Below, in pieces: positions 1-8,085 of a DNA stretch of 64,000 nt; position 1 is the stretch's first letter, and each line of letters opens with the position of its first letter. Position numbers and translations under genes: made by a program. A model generated the notes under the pieces. That model had not been told where the DNA came from, ran no database searches, and was given only the letters and a program-made list of their open reading frames with translations. This DNA comes from an uncultured candidatus Brocadiaceae bacterium (GTDB taxonomy: Bacteria; Planctomycetota; Brocadiia; SM23-32): assembly GCA_964434535.1 (NCBI GenBank), contig CAYSWA010000011.1:744-64743 (forward strand), read 5' to 3'.

Positions 1-672
1 GGCTCGGCCGGCGTGGGCGTGCTCCTCGAGCTCGGCGGCGAGGGCGCGGCAGCGGGCGAGGAACTCGCCCTCCCCCACCAGCTCGATGCCGTGGGGGGCG
101 AAGTCGAGCGCCGCCTCGGCGTCCGCGCGGAGCGCGGCCACCGCCTCGGCGAGCCGCGCGCACTGACGGGCGAGGCCGCCCCCGAGCCGGCGGCCGGCGG
201 CGAGCAGCTCGGCCTCGCTGCGGGCGCGGATGACCGAGAGCACGGCCTCGGCCTGGGCCAGGCCGAGCCGTCCGTTCACGAAAGCGCGGCGCGTGAACTC
301 GCCCGGTTCGGCGAGGCGGAGCGCGCGGGGGCCGTGGGCCAGCAGGTCTTCCATCAGCAGGTCCAGCAGGGCCGGCGCGCCGGGCAGGTGGAACTCGACG
401 ACGTCCTCACGCGTGTAGGAGCGGGGCGCCCGCATCACGTAGAGGACGGCGGGCGCGCGCGTGCCGTGCCCGCTCAGGCGGACCGTGCCGGGCGTGGCCC
501 GGTAGGCACCGGTCCAGTGCGCGCCGCGCGGATGCGGCTGGAAGCGGGACCGCGCGCAGTTCAGCGCCTCCGGCCCGCTCAGGCGGAGGATGCCGCGCAG
601 GGCGCGCCCGCCGGGGCTGGCGATGGCGACGATGGTATCGGCGTCGTGGCTCGGCGTGGGACGGGCGGTCAT
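1..672 (-). CDS. mnmE: tRNA modification GTPase MnmE, N-terminal part (5' partial; gene continues beyond window start)
   Basis: Reverse-strand translation from ATG at 672-670 gives MTARPTPSHDADTIVAIASPGG...VRLSGHG...EFHLPGAP...AEPGEFTRRAFVNGRLGLAQAEAV. This matches the MnmE N-terminal domain. The ORF track misses it because the ORF runs off the window edge. ATGA overlap with the upstream ADH stop. Confidence 0.75.
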   Translation of the reverse strand, partial: MTARPTPSHDADTIVAIASPGGRALRGILRLSGPEALNCARSRFQPHPRGAHWTGAYRATPGTVRLSGHGTRAPAVLYVMRAPRSYTREDVVEFHLPGAPALLDLLMEDLLAHGPRALRLAEPGEFTRRAFVNGRLGLAQAEAVLSVIRARSEAELLAAGRRLGGGLARQCARLAEAVAALRADAEAALDFAPHGIELVGEGEFLARCRALAAELEEHAHAGRA

Positions 673-1982
673 GCCTCGGGGTGTTTGATCTCGCTGCGGG
701 AGAGCAGGAACCGCTCGGCCTCGGTGCACCAGGCGCCGCCGGCGGCCTCGACCCGCTCGGCGAGGCCGCTGAAGACGGTCTTGAGCGGCTCGTCGGTCTC
801 TTCGGCGCGGCGGGCCAGCTCTTCGAGCGGGGTCAGCGGCATGCGCAGGTGGGTGTAGATGAGCTTCTTGCCGCCGGGGATGTCGGGCAGCTGGAGGATG
901 GTCTGCGCGGCGGCGTCGAGCCCGCCGACGTGGGTGACCATGCCGGCGGGGTTGATGCGGCCCTCGCTCATGAGGCGGAGGGCGATGCGCATGTCCTCGG
1001 TGTTGCCGCCGCTGGTGCCGACGATGTGGTGGCCCTCGTAGTGCACGTCGTAGAAGTTGAGCGGGGCGGTGAAGTCCTTGCGCGAGGGCCCGGCGAAGAA
1101 GTTGAGGCATCCGTTGCGCCCGAGCATGGCGTCGGCCTGCCGCACGAGCGCCTCGGCGGGGTAGAAGACGAACACGTCATCCATCATCTCGCGGTCGGTC
1201 AGGTCGCTGACGTAGTCGGCGACGGCCGCGTTCTGATCCTCCCCTCCGAGCGGGTGGGGGTTGAGATAGGTGAGTTCGACGCCTTCCTCGGCGGCCGCTT
1301 CGGGCGGGAAGAGGCGGCGGGCGCGGGCCAGGCGGGCCTCGTCCACATCGGTCACCAGCAGCCGTGCGGGCCGGCGGGGGCCGTGGAGGGCGAAGTCGAT
1401 CGCCGCGAGGCCCATCGGGCCGGCGGCGGCGAGCAGGGCGCAGTTGCCGCCCTCGCGGATGCCCATCTCGTGCGCGTAGGCCCCCTGGGGGAAGTGATAC
1501 TGCGCCCTGAACGCCCCCACGATGCACGACATCGGCTCGGCGAGCGACGCCTTGAAGAACGCATCGCCTTCGTAGGGAAGCAGGCAGTCCATGATCATCA
1601 CTTCGGCGGGGATGAGCACGCGGGTGGCGTTGCCGCCGATGAACCGGTAGGAGTAGCCGGGCGAGTCGAGCTTGCCCTGGTAGTTCAGCGCGGGCTGGAT
1701 GGCGTACATCTGGCCCGGCTCGAAGCGGTCGGCCCAGCGCGCGCCGACCCTGAGCAGGCGGCCGGCGAACTCGTGGCCGAGGATGGCCGGGTTGCGCTCG
1801 ACGTCGTCCGGCACGCGCTTGTGCTCGGGGCCCTGCTCGGCCGCCTTGTGGGAGGACATGCAGATGCTGTTGGTCACCACCTCGGCCAGGATCTCGTCGT
1901 CGCGCGGCTCGGCGAGCTCGAAGCTCTCCAGGCGGAGGTCCCGCTTCCCGTAGATCCTCAACGCGGTGGTGGCAACCGGCAT
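669..1982 (-). CDS. Zn-dependent alcohol/polyol dehydrogenase (MDR superfamily) protein
   Basis: 437 aa; GHEFAG motif, GroES-like N-domain, Rossmann GxGxxG (LAAAGPMGLAA). RBS GAAGGAG 6 nt upstream of ATG. Confidence 0.8.
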   Translation of the reverse strand: MPVATTALRIYGKRDLRLESFELAEPRDDEILAEVVTNSICMSSHKAAEQGPEHKRVPDDVERNPAILGHEFAGRLLRVGARWADRFEPGQMYAIQPALNYQGKLDSPGYSYRFIGGNATRVLIPAEVMIMDCLLPYEGDAFFKASLAEPMSCIVGAFRAQYHFPQGAYAHEMGIREGGNCALLAAAGPMGLAAIDFALHGPRRPARLLVTDVDEARLARARRLFPPEAAAEEGVELTYLNPHPLGGEDQNAAVADYVSDLTDREMMDDVFVFYPAEALVRQADAMLGRNGCLNFFAGPSRKDFTAPLNFYDVHYEGHHIVGTSGGNTEDMRIALRLMSEGRINPAGMVTHVGGLDAAAQTILQLPDIPGGKKLIYTHLRMPLTPLEELARRAEETDEPLKTVFSGLAERVEAAGGAWCTEAERFLLSRSEIKHPEA

Positions 1983-2084
1983 GCGCGGCTCCTTCGAGGG
2001 ATGGCGAAGGGCGATTATACCCCGGCGGGGCGGGTGGGCAAACCGCCGGCGACGAGACGGAGCGGCGGGGCCGCGGCGGGTGCG

Positions 2085-2411
2085 TCAACGCACGAAGAAA
2101 TCGTCCTGGAACTCGTCCTCGCGCAGCGAGAAGGCCAGCTCGCAGTGGCCGAGCTGGATCACGTCGCCGTCCTCGAGCTTGCGGCGCCTGGTGAACTGGT
2201 CGTTGACGCGCGTGCCGTTATGGCTCGCGCAGTCGACCAGCCAGAACAGGTCGCCGTCGTGGTCGATGCGGCAGTGCCTGCGCGAGACGGACTTCTGCTC
2301 GATGGCCAGGTCGTTGTCCTCGGAGCGGCCGATGGTGAAGGAGCCGAGCTTGCCCAGGCCGACCGTCTCGCCGGCGCGCGGGCCGCTGTTGATCTTCAGC
2401 TCGGCTTTCAT
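2085..2411 (-). CDS. FHA domain protein (stand-alone)
   Basis: 108 aa; FHA signature GR...VSRRHCRI...SHNGTRVN...GDVIQLG. Confidence 0.8.
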   Translation of the reverse strand: MKAELKINSGPRAGETVGLGKLGSFTIGRSEDNDLAIEQKSVSRRHCRIDHDGDLFWLVDCASHNGTRVNDQFTRRRKLEDGDVIQLGHCELAFSLREDEFQDDFFVR

Positions 2412-2440
2412 GGTGCGCCTCGGGTCAGCCCGGCGGGACC

Positions 2441-3676
2441 TCAGAGCCCGGCGGCGGCGGCCGCCCCGTCCAGGGCTTCCCGCATCTCTGCGGGGCTGCC
2501 GTACCGCTCGTAGTCGGACATGGCCTGCTTGATGACGGCGCAGATGCTTTCGGGCACGGCCGGGTTGAGGCGGCGCGGGTCCTCGCAGACGCGGTCGAAG
2601 GCCGTCGAGAGCTTGTCGGCCGGCAGCGCGTCGCCGAACGGGGCCTGGGCGCAGAGCATGTAGTAGAGGACGGCGCCGGCGCCGAAGACGTCGGCCTTCT
2701 GGTCGGCCACGACGGGGTAGGCGATCAGCTCGGGCGCCGCGAAGGCCGGCTCGACGCGGAGGCTGCCGTCCATGACGCGGGTAACCTGCGCGTCCTCGCG
2801 GCCGGTGAGCGGCTTGACCAGGTCGAAGTCAGTCATCTTCACACGCAGCCCCTGGCGCACGATAACGTTATCGGGCCGCACGGCGCGGAAGACGACCTGC
2901 TGCTCGAAGGCGTACTGGAGCGCCAGGAGGACCTGGCGGATGATGTGGAGCGCGCTGGTCAGGTCGAGCGGTTCGCCCTTGCGCGCGACGACCGTGCCCA
3001 GGTCCACGCCCTCCACGTATTCCATCACCACGAAGTACCAGTCCTCCAGGCGGCCGCCTTTGTGGACTCGGACGAAGTTGGGATGGCGCAGTTGGGCGGC
3101 GTGCTTGGCGCCCCGGATGAAGCGGTTCTGGTCCTCGATGGTGACCCTGGCGAGCTGTTTGAGGACTTTGACGGCGACGGGCCGGCCCTCCTCGTCGGTG
3201 CCGCGGAAGATCACCGACGTCTCGCCGTTGAAGATGACCTCCCCCAGCTTGCAGCCGGCCAGCTCGGTGCCGGCGAGGGTGGCGGCCTGCTGGTATGCCT
3301 GCTCGGCCTCATCCTGCGTGCCGAGCTGCGGCAACGCGCCGCCCCCTGCCCGGCCGGCGGGCGCGCGGGGGAAGACGACCACCAGCTCGTTGTTGCCCAC
3401 GATGATGTGGTCGCCGTGCGAGAGAGGCTGTTTGCCCTGGACCAGCTCTCCGTTGACGCGCGTGCCGTTGCGGCTGCTCAGGTCCTCAACAAAGAGCTGG
3501 CCGCCGTCGTAGGTGAACTGGCAGTGGCGGCGGGAGAGTTGGGTGTCGGGGATCTTGATCTTGCAGAAGGCGCCTCGTCCCAGCCAGATGGGCTCATCCT
3601 CGTCGGTGGGCGGGATCTCGAACTCGAACCCCGCCTGACGGCCGACTTCAACGCGGAGCCGAGGGTTCATGCCCAT
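2441..3676 (-). CDS. FHA domain fused to a Ser/Thr protein kinase-like domain (predicted pseudokinase)
   Basis: N-terminal FHA (SRRHCQF...SRNGTRVNG). The kinase fold keeps VAVKVLK and AAPE, but the catalytic loop is FRAVRPDN (HRD Asp replaced by Ala) and DFG is DFD. Confidence 0.8.
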   Translation of the reverse strand: MGMNPRLRVEVGRQAGFEFEIPPTDEDEPIWLGRGAFCKIKIPDTQLSRRHCQFTYDGGQLFVEDLSSRNGTRVNGELVQGKQPLSHGDHIIVGNNELVVVFPRAPAGRAGGGALPQLGTQDEAEQAYQQAATLAGTELAGCKLGEVIFNGETSVIFRGTDEEGRPVAVKVLKQLARVTIEDQNRFIRGAKHAAQLRHPNFVRVHKGGRLEDWYFVVMEYVEGVDLGTVVARKGEPLDLTSALHIIRQVLLALQYAFEQQVVFRAVRPDNVIVRQGLRVKMTDFDLVKPLTGREDAQVTRVMDGSLRVEPAFAAPELIAYPVVADQKADVFGAGAVLYYMLCAQAPFGDALPADKLSTAFDRVCEDPRRLNPAVPESICAVIKQAMSDYERYGSPAEMREALDGAAAAAGL

Positions 3677-3707
3677 TCCTTCCGTGCCGGCGCACTCGGG
3701 GGGCCGC

Positions 3708-4577
3708 TCAAGCCAGCCGCGAGACGGCGATGTCGACGGCCGCCTTCAGGCCCTCCATCACGTCCCGCATAGTCTTATAACGCAAGCGCCGTTCCTTTGC
3801 AATGCACTTGCCCACCACCTGCTCCAGCTCCTCGGGCAGCTCCGGGGCCACCTGCCGCAGGGACGGCGGCTCGACGTTCAAGTGCTCCTGCATCCGCTTG
3901 CCGCGGTCCGAAGCGCGCGGAAAGGGGTGCTGCCCGGTGAGCAGCTCGAAGATCGAGACCCCGAAGGAGTAGATGTCCGCCCGCGCGTCGACCGGCTGGC
4001 TGCGGATCTGCTCGGGGGCCATGTAGCTGGCGGTGCCGGCCCGCGCCACCACGGTGCGCGCCTTCAGGCTGGCGGGAATGGTCAGCCCGAAGTCGATGAT
4101 CTTCGCCGTGCCCTCCGCGCTGTAGAGCACGTTCTTGGGGCAGAAGTCCCGGTGGATGAGCCCCTCCTCGTGGATGTAGCGCAGCCCCGCCCCCATCTGC
4201 ATCGCCAGGTCGAAGCGTCGGTCCCTGAGCTCGGGCGACTCCACGGCGATCAGCGTGGCCAGGTTCGGCCCGTCCACGTACTCCATCACGATGTAGTACT
4301 CTTCGCGGCGGCCCTGCCCGTAATCGAGGGTCTTGATCACGTTGGGATGGTCCAGCCCGAGGGCTATCTTGCCCTCCTCGGCCGCGAAGAGCCGGCGGAA
4401 CAGGGCGAGCGTCTGCACCGACTGCGCCGTGAGGATCTTCATGGCGTAGATGCGGCCCGTATCGGGATGGCGCACCTTCCAGACGGTGCTCATCCCGCCG
4501 CTCGCCACTTGCTCCAGCAGCTCGTAGCCGCCGTAGCGGCCCTTACGGCCGGAGAGGAAGTCCAGGATCCTGGCCAT
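3708..4577 (-). CDS. Ser/Thr protein kinase (cytoplasmic, kinase domain only)
   Basis: 289 aa; GGMSTVWK glycine loop, AMKIL, HRDFCPKN catalytic loop (Lys to Cys variant), DFG, MAPE. Confidence 0.85.
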   Translation of the reverse strand: MARILDFLSGRKGRYGGYELLEQVASGGMSTVWKVRHPDTGRIYAMKILTAQSVQTLALFRRLFAAEEGKIALGLDHPNVIKTLDYGQGRREEYYIVMEYVDGPNLATLIAVESPELRDRRFDLAMQMGAGLRYIHEEGLIHRDFCPKNVLYSAEGTAKIIDFGLTIPASLKARTVVARAGTASYMAPEQIRSQPVDARADIYSFGVSIFELLTGQHPFPRASDRGKRMQEHLNVEPPSLRQVAPELPEELEQVVGKCIAKERRLRYKTMRDVMEGLKAAVDIAVSRLA

Positions 4578-4701
4578 CGGTGTTGCGCACGCCTCCGTCG
4601 CCGGTCTTCTGGCGGGCAGTGGGGCGCGGCGCCTCGCGCCGGGCGCGCAGGCGCCCCCTGGGGATGCCGGGCGACCGCACGGGCCGCCGGCGCGGGCGCG
4701 C

Positions 4702-6066
4702 CTACTCCTCCTGGCCGGGCAGGAAGGTGTAGATACGCGTGGTGCCCAGCCGGAGCCGGTCGCCGGGGCGAAGCTCTGCGCTCTCGACGCGCTGACCGTT
4801 GACGAACGTGCCGTTGCTGCTGCCCAGGTCCTCCACGCGGATCGACAGGCCCTCCTTGCTCATGGCGCAGTGCTTGCGGGAGACGGCCGGATCCATCAGG
4901 ATCACGTCGCTCACGTCCGGGTCGCGCCCGATGTTCAGGCTCTGGCCGTCGTGGATGACGAAGAAGCTGCCGCTGCGGCGGTCCTTCCAGATGAAGAACG
5001 GGCTGACGGCGGGGCTGGCCACGAGGCCGCTGGCCACGGAGGTCGGCTCGCCGACCGGTTCGGGTTCGGCCGCTGCGACGGCCCCCTCCTGCTCGGCCAG
5101 CATCAGCTCCTCGTCCAGCACGGCGCGCACCTGGGCCGTCTCGGAGCCGGAGACCGGCTCGCTCTCCGTCTCGGCGGCGGGGATCGGCTCAGTCGGCGCG
5201 GTCGGGGTCACGCGGGTGAAGGTGCGCCCCAGCAGCATGGCGCTGGCCAGCTCGACGACGACCTCGCCGGGGCTGGTGAAGCCGCCCTCGGTCAGCAGCC
5301 GCCGCACCACCTCGGCCGCGTGCACGCTGACCCCCGCCTCGGCGGTGGTGAGCCGGGGATAGGCCACGCGCATCAGATCCTCGCGGTAGTCCTCCAGCGA
5401 CTCGTCCTCGCCCTGCTCGCGCACCTCGACGCCGAGCATGCGGAGCATCAGGACGGCGAGCCCCACGAAGTCCTCCTCCAGCTTCATGGTGCTCGCCCTC
5501 TTGCCCTTGGTGCGCAGCAGGTCCTCGGCGGTGACCCACTCGTCCTCGACGACCTCCTCGCCTTCCTCAACGGGCTCGAACTGGGTAACCTCAGGCGGGT
5601 CTTCGATGAACGCCTTGATGGCGAAGTCGCTGAGCTTGACCTTCTCCTCGGAGACCACGAACACGTTCTGCGGTTTCAGGTCGCCGTGGCAGTAGCCCAT
5701 GTCGCGCGCCTTGTCCAGCGCCTGGGCGCTCTGGCGGATGTAGAGGACGGCCTGCTCTTCGCTGAGGCGCCCCTGCTGGCGGAGCTTCTCCTCCAGCGTG
5801 GGGCAGTCCATCCGTTCCATCGCCACGTAGAGCCGCCCGTCCTGCTCGCCGCCCTCGTAGAGCCTCACCGCCGAGGGGTGCTCGATGCTTTTCAGCCCCG
5901 CCAGCGCCCGCACCAGCCCCTCACGCTCCTCGGGTTCGTCCGGCACCGCCTCGTCCTTGAGGACTTTCACCACGCAGCGCTGCTGGCCATCGCTGGCTGA
6001 ATACGTCACGGTGTACGGCCCGGTGCCAAGCTCTTCCCGGAGCTTGAATCGGCCGATCTGCTCCAT
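4702..6066 (-). CDS. Atypical kinase-like domain + acidic linker + C-terminal FHA domain protein
   Basis: 454 aa; N-terminal kinase-like domain (LGTGPYTVTY, VVKVLK, CHGDLKPQNVFV, SDFAIK; no APE); C-terminal FHA (SRKHCAM...SSNGTFVNG). RBS GGGGAGAGG. Confidence 0.8.
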   Translation of the reverse strand: MEQIGRFKLREELGTGPYTVTYSASDGQQRCVVKVLKDEAVPDEPEEREGLVRALAGLKSIEHPSAVRLYEGGEQDGRLYVAMERMDCPTLEEKLRQQGRLSEEQAVLYIRQSAQALDKARDMGYCHGDLKPQNVFVVSEEKVKLSDFAIKAFIEDPPEVTQFEPVEEGEEVVEDEWVTAEDLLRTKGKRASTMKLEEDFVGLAVLMLRMLGVEVREQGEDESLEDYREDLMRVAYPRLTTAEAGVSVHAAEVVRRLLTEGGFTSPGEVVVELASAMLLGRTFTRVTPTAPTEPIPAAETESEPVSGSETAQVRAVLDEELMLAEQEGAVAAAEPEPVGEPTSVASGLVASPAVSPFFIWKDRRSGSFFVIHDGQSLNIGRDPDVSDVILMDPAVSRKHCAMSKEGLSIRVEDLGSSNGTFVNGQRVESAELRPGDRLRLGTTRIYTFLPGQEE

Positions 6067-6123
6067 GTTCCTCTCCCCTTTGACGGCAGCGTCCAGACCT
6101 TCACAAGTTTGCCAGGCGCCTAC

Positions 6124-6151
6124 ATGGTAGCGGTTTCGCCCCTCAAGTCAA
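6124..6151 (-). promoter_or_regulatory. Putative sigma-70 promoter of the FHA/kinase operon (TTGACT-N16-TACCAT on minus strand)
   Basis: -35 at 6151-6146 and -10 at 6129-6124 read on the minus strand; ~50 nt upstream of the start at 6066. Confidence 0.4.
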
Positions 6152-6179
6152 CTCACTTTCGGGCGCCGCCCTCCGTCGC

Positions 6180-7958
6180 TCACCCGGCGCCTCCCGCAGC
6201 CGCGCTCCAGGCCAGCGCCGCCAGGGCGACGAGGTAGAACTGGGCGTCCACGGCCAGCTCCGACACCTCCCCGCGCAGCACGCCGCTGCGCTTCGCCAAG
6301 GCGAAGCAGCCCAGCGCCGCCGGCACGGCCGCCAGCAGCGGCAGGCAGTAGTCCGTCGTCCAGCCGGCCAGGCAGCCCGCGCCCGCCAGCACGGCCGCAA
6401 CCAGCACGATCAGGCCGTAGAGGACCTTCTGCGCGACCCTCGGCCCGAGCACGCCGGCCAGCGTCTCGCGCCCGACGATCTTGTCCGCCCGCACGTCTAA
6501 CAGCTCCAGGGCGAGCGTCCGCTGGAAAGCCGCCGCGAAGGCCACGGCGAACGCCACCGCTGCCGCCCGCCACGGCAGGGGCGCGCCGGGCGCGGCCAGC
6601 GCCGGCACCAACGCCGCCAGGCTCGCCCAGGCCAGCCCCACGAACAGCTCCTTGGAGCCGGGCAGTTGCTCCAGGCTGCGGAAGCCGAGGCGCCGGGTCA
6701 ACCTGCCGGGCAGCGGCACCCGGTACGTCAGCCCGCCGGCCGAGCCGAGCGCGATCAGGCCGAACGCCACCCAACCCAGGAAGTGGGCCAGGAACAGCGC
6801 CAGCACGGAGCTGCACACGCCCAGAAGCAGCAGCGCCCCCTCGTTGGCCATGAAGAAGCCGGCCCGGTCGGGCTCGCTCAGGTAGAGCGCGCCGCGCCGC
6901 CCGTACTGGTTGAGCAACTGCTGGCCGAGCACGAAGAAGAAGGCCACCGCCATGCAGGCCCCCACCATCGGGTGGCGGGGGCTGAGCAGCAGCGCGCAGG
7001 CGAAGCTCAGGGCCGCCGCCGCGCCCGCCGCGTAGACGTTGGCGTTGACAAGGCCCCGCACGAAGGTGAGCGCCCAGTAACGCAGGGGTCGGGTGCGGCG
7101 CCTGTGCTCGTCCTCCAGCCGCCGCATCACCCGCCGGATCATCCAGTTCGGGGTGCTGGCGCCCGCGGTGAGCCCGACGCGCTCGTGGCTCAGCATGGCG
7201 TTCAGGTCCAGCTCCGCGTCGGTCTCCACGTGGAAGGTGGGCGTGCCGGTGGCGGCGCTGATCTGGGCCAGGCGGCGCGTGTTGGCGCTGTGCAGGCCGC
7301 CGACCACGATCATGGCTTCCACGCGCCCGGCCAGCTCGCGCACCTCGGCCTGGCGCTGCTCGGTGGAGCGGCAGACCGTCTCGAAGGCGCGGCACTCGGG
7401 GTAGCGGGCCCGCATCCTCTCGGCGGTCCGGCGGAAGACCTCCTGGTCCTGGGTCGTCTGCGCCACCACGACGACCCGCTCGGCGTCGGGCAGCTCGTCC
7501 ACCTCCCCCGGCCCGCTGATGACGCGCCCCTCGGCGCCGGCGTAGCTGAGCACGGCGTCGACCTCGGCGTGGCCGGCGTCGCCCACCACCACGCACATGT
7601 AGCCCTGGGCCGCGTACTCCTCGACGATCTTCTGGACCCTGCGCACGTGGGGGCAGGTGGCGTCCAGCAGGACCGCGGCCCGCCGGCGCAGCTGCTCCTG
7701 ACCGCTGCCGGAGAGCCCGTGCGCCCTGACCACGGCCGTCCCGCCGGCCCAGTCGGAGCCTTCCTCGTCGGTCAGGACGCCCCTGTCCTCCAGCACGCGG
7801 AGCACCTGGCGGTTGTGGATCAGGGGGCCCTGGATGCGGATCGGGGACGGCCAGGCCGGCTGATCGGCGGCCCTGAGCACCATGCGCACGGCGCGCCGGA
7901 CGCCCATGCAGAAGCCGGCCGTGTCGGCCAGAATGATCTCGAAGCGTTTGCGCGCCAT
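6180..7958 (-). CDS. ispH: 4-hydroxy-3-methylbut-2-enyl diphosphate reductase (IspH/LytB) fused to a C-terminal polytopic membrane domain with a UbiA-like Asp-rich motif
   Basis: The probable start is the internal MARKRFEIILADTAGFCMGV (ATG 7958); the listed longer ORF starts at 8111. The IspH fold has its three Fe-S cysteines (GFCMGV, DATCPHV, ETVCRST) and HSANTRRL. About 290 C-terminal residues are hydrophobic and contain LLDVRADKIVGRETLAGVLG, resembling the second D-x-x-x-D motif of UbiA-type prenyltransferases. The first Asp-rich motif is not evident. Confidence 0.8.
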   Translation of the reverse strand: MARKRFEIILADTAGFCMGVRRAVRMVLRAADQPAWPSPIRIQGPLIHNRQVLRVLEDRGVLTDEEGSDWAGGTAVVRAHGLSGSGQEQLRRRAAVLLDATCPHVRRVQKIVEEYAAQGYMCVVVGDAGHAEVDAVLSYAGAEGRVISGPGEVDELPDAERVVVVAQTTQDQEVFRRTAERMRARYPECRAFETVCRSTEQRQAEVRELAGRVEAMIVVGGLHSANTRRLAQISAATGTPTFHVETDAELDLNAMLSHERVGLTAGASTPNWMIRRVMRRLEDEHRRRTRPLRYWALTFVRGLVNANVYAAGAAAALSFACALLLSPRHPMVGACMAVAFFFVLGQQLLNQYGRRGALYLSEPDRAGFFMANEGALLLLGVCSSVLALFLAHFLGWVAFGLIALGSAGGLTYRVPLPGRLTRRLGFRSLEQLPGSKELFVGLAWASLAALVPALAAPGAPLPWRAAAVAFAVAFAAAFQRTLALELLDVRADKIVGRETLAGVLGPRVAQKVLYGLIVLVAAVLAGAGCLAGWTTDYCLPLLAAVPAALGCFALAKRSGVLRGEVSELAVDAQFYLVALAALAWSAAAGGAG

Positions 7959-8008
7959 GGTGGGGCAGGACTCTTCCCGTTGCGGAACGGAGGGCAAACC
8001 GTTAAGAA

Positions 8009-8037
8009 TTATAGCTGTGGCGCCTCCGGCCCGCAAA
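8009..8037 (-). promoter_or_regulatory. Putative sigma-70 promoter for ispH-fusion gene (TTGCGG-N17-TATAAT, minus strand), within a symmetric divergent promoter region
   Basis: -10 TATAAT at 8014-8009 and -35 TTGCGG at 8037-8032 on the minus strand. A plus-strand TTGCGG (7981-7986)-N17-TAAGAAT faces the TPR gene. Confidence 0.45.
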
Positions 8038-8085
8038 AGGGCGCGGCTCGGCGGCCGCCACGTCCTCTCCTCACGGGTGCTCGCC

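Noticed and set aside
13-858. 281-aa plus-strand ORF at window start
   Set aside because: Antisense to the clearly recognisable mnmE N-terminal domain; low-complexity translation.
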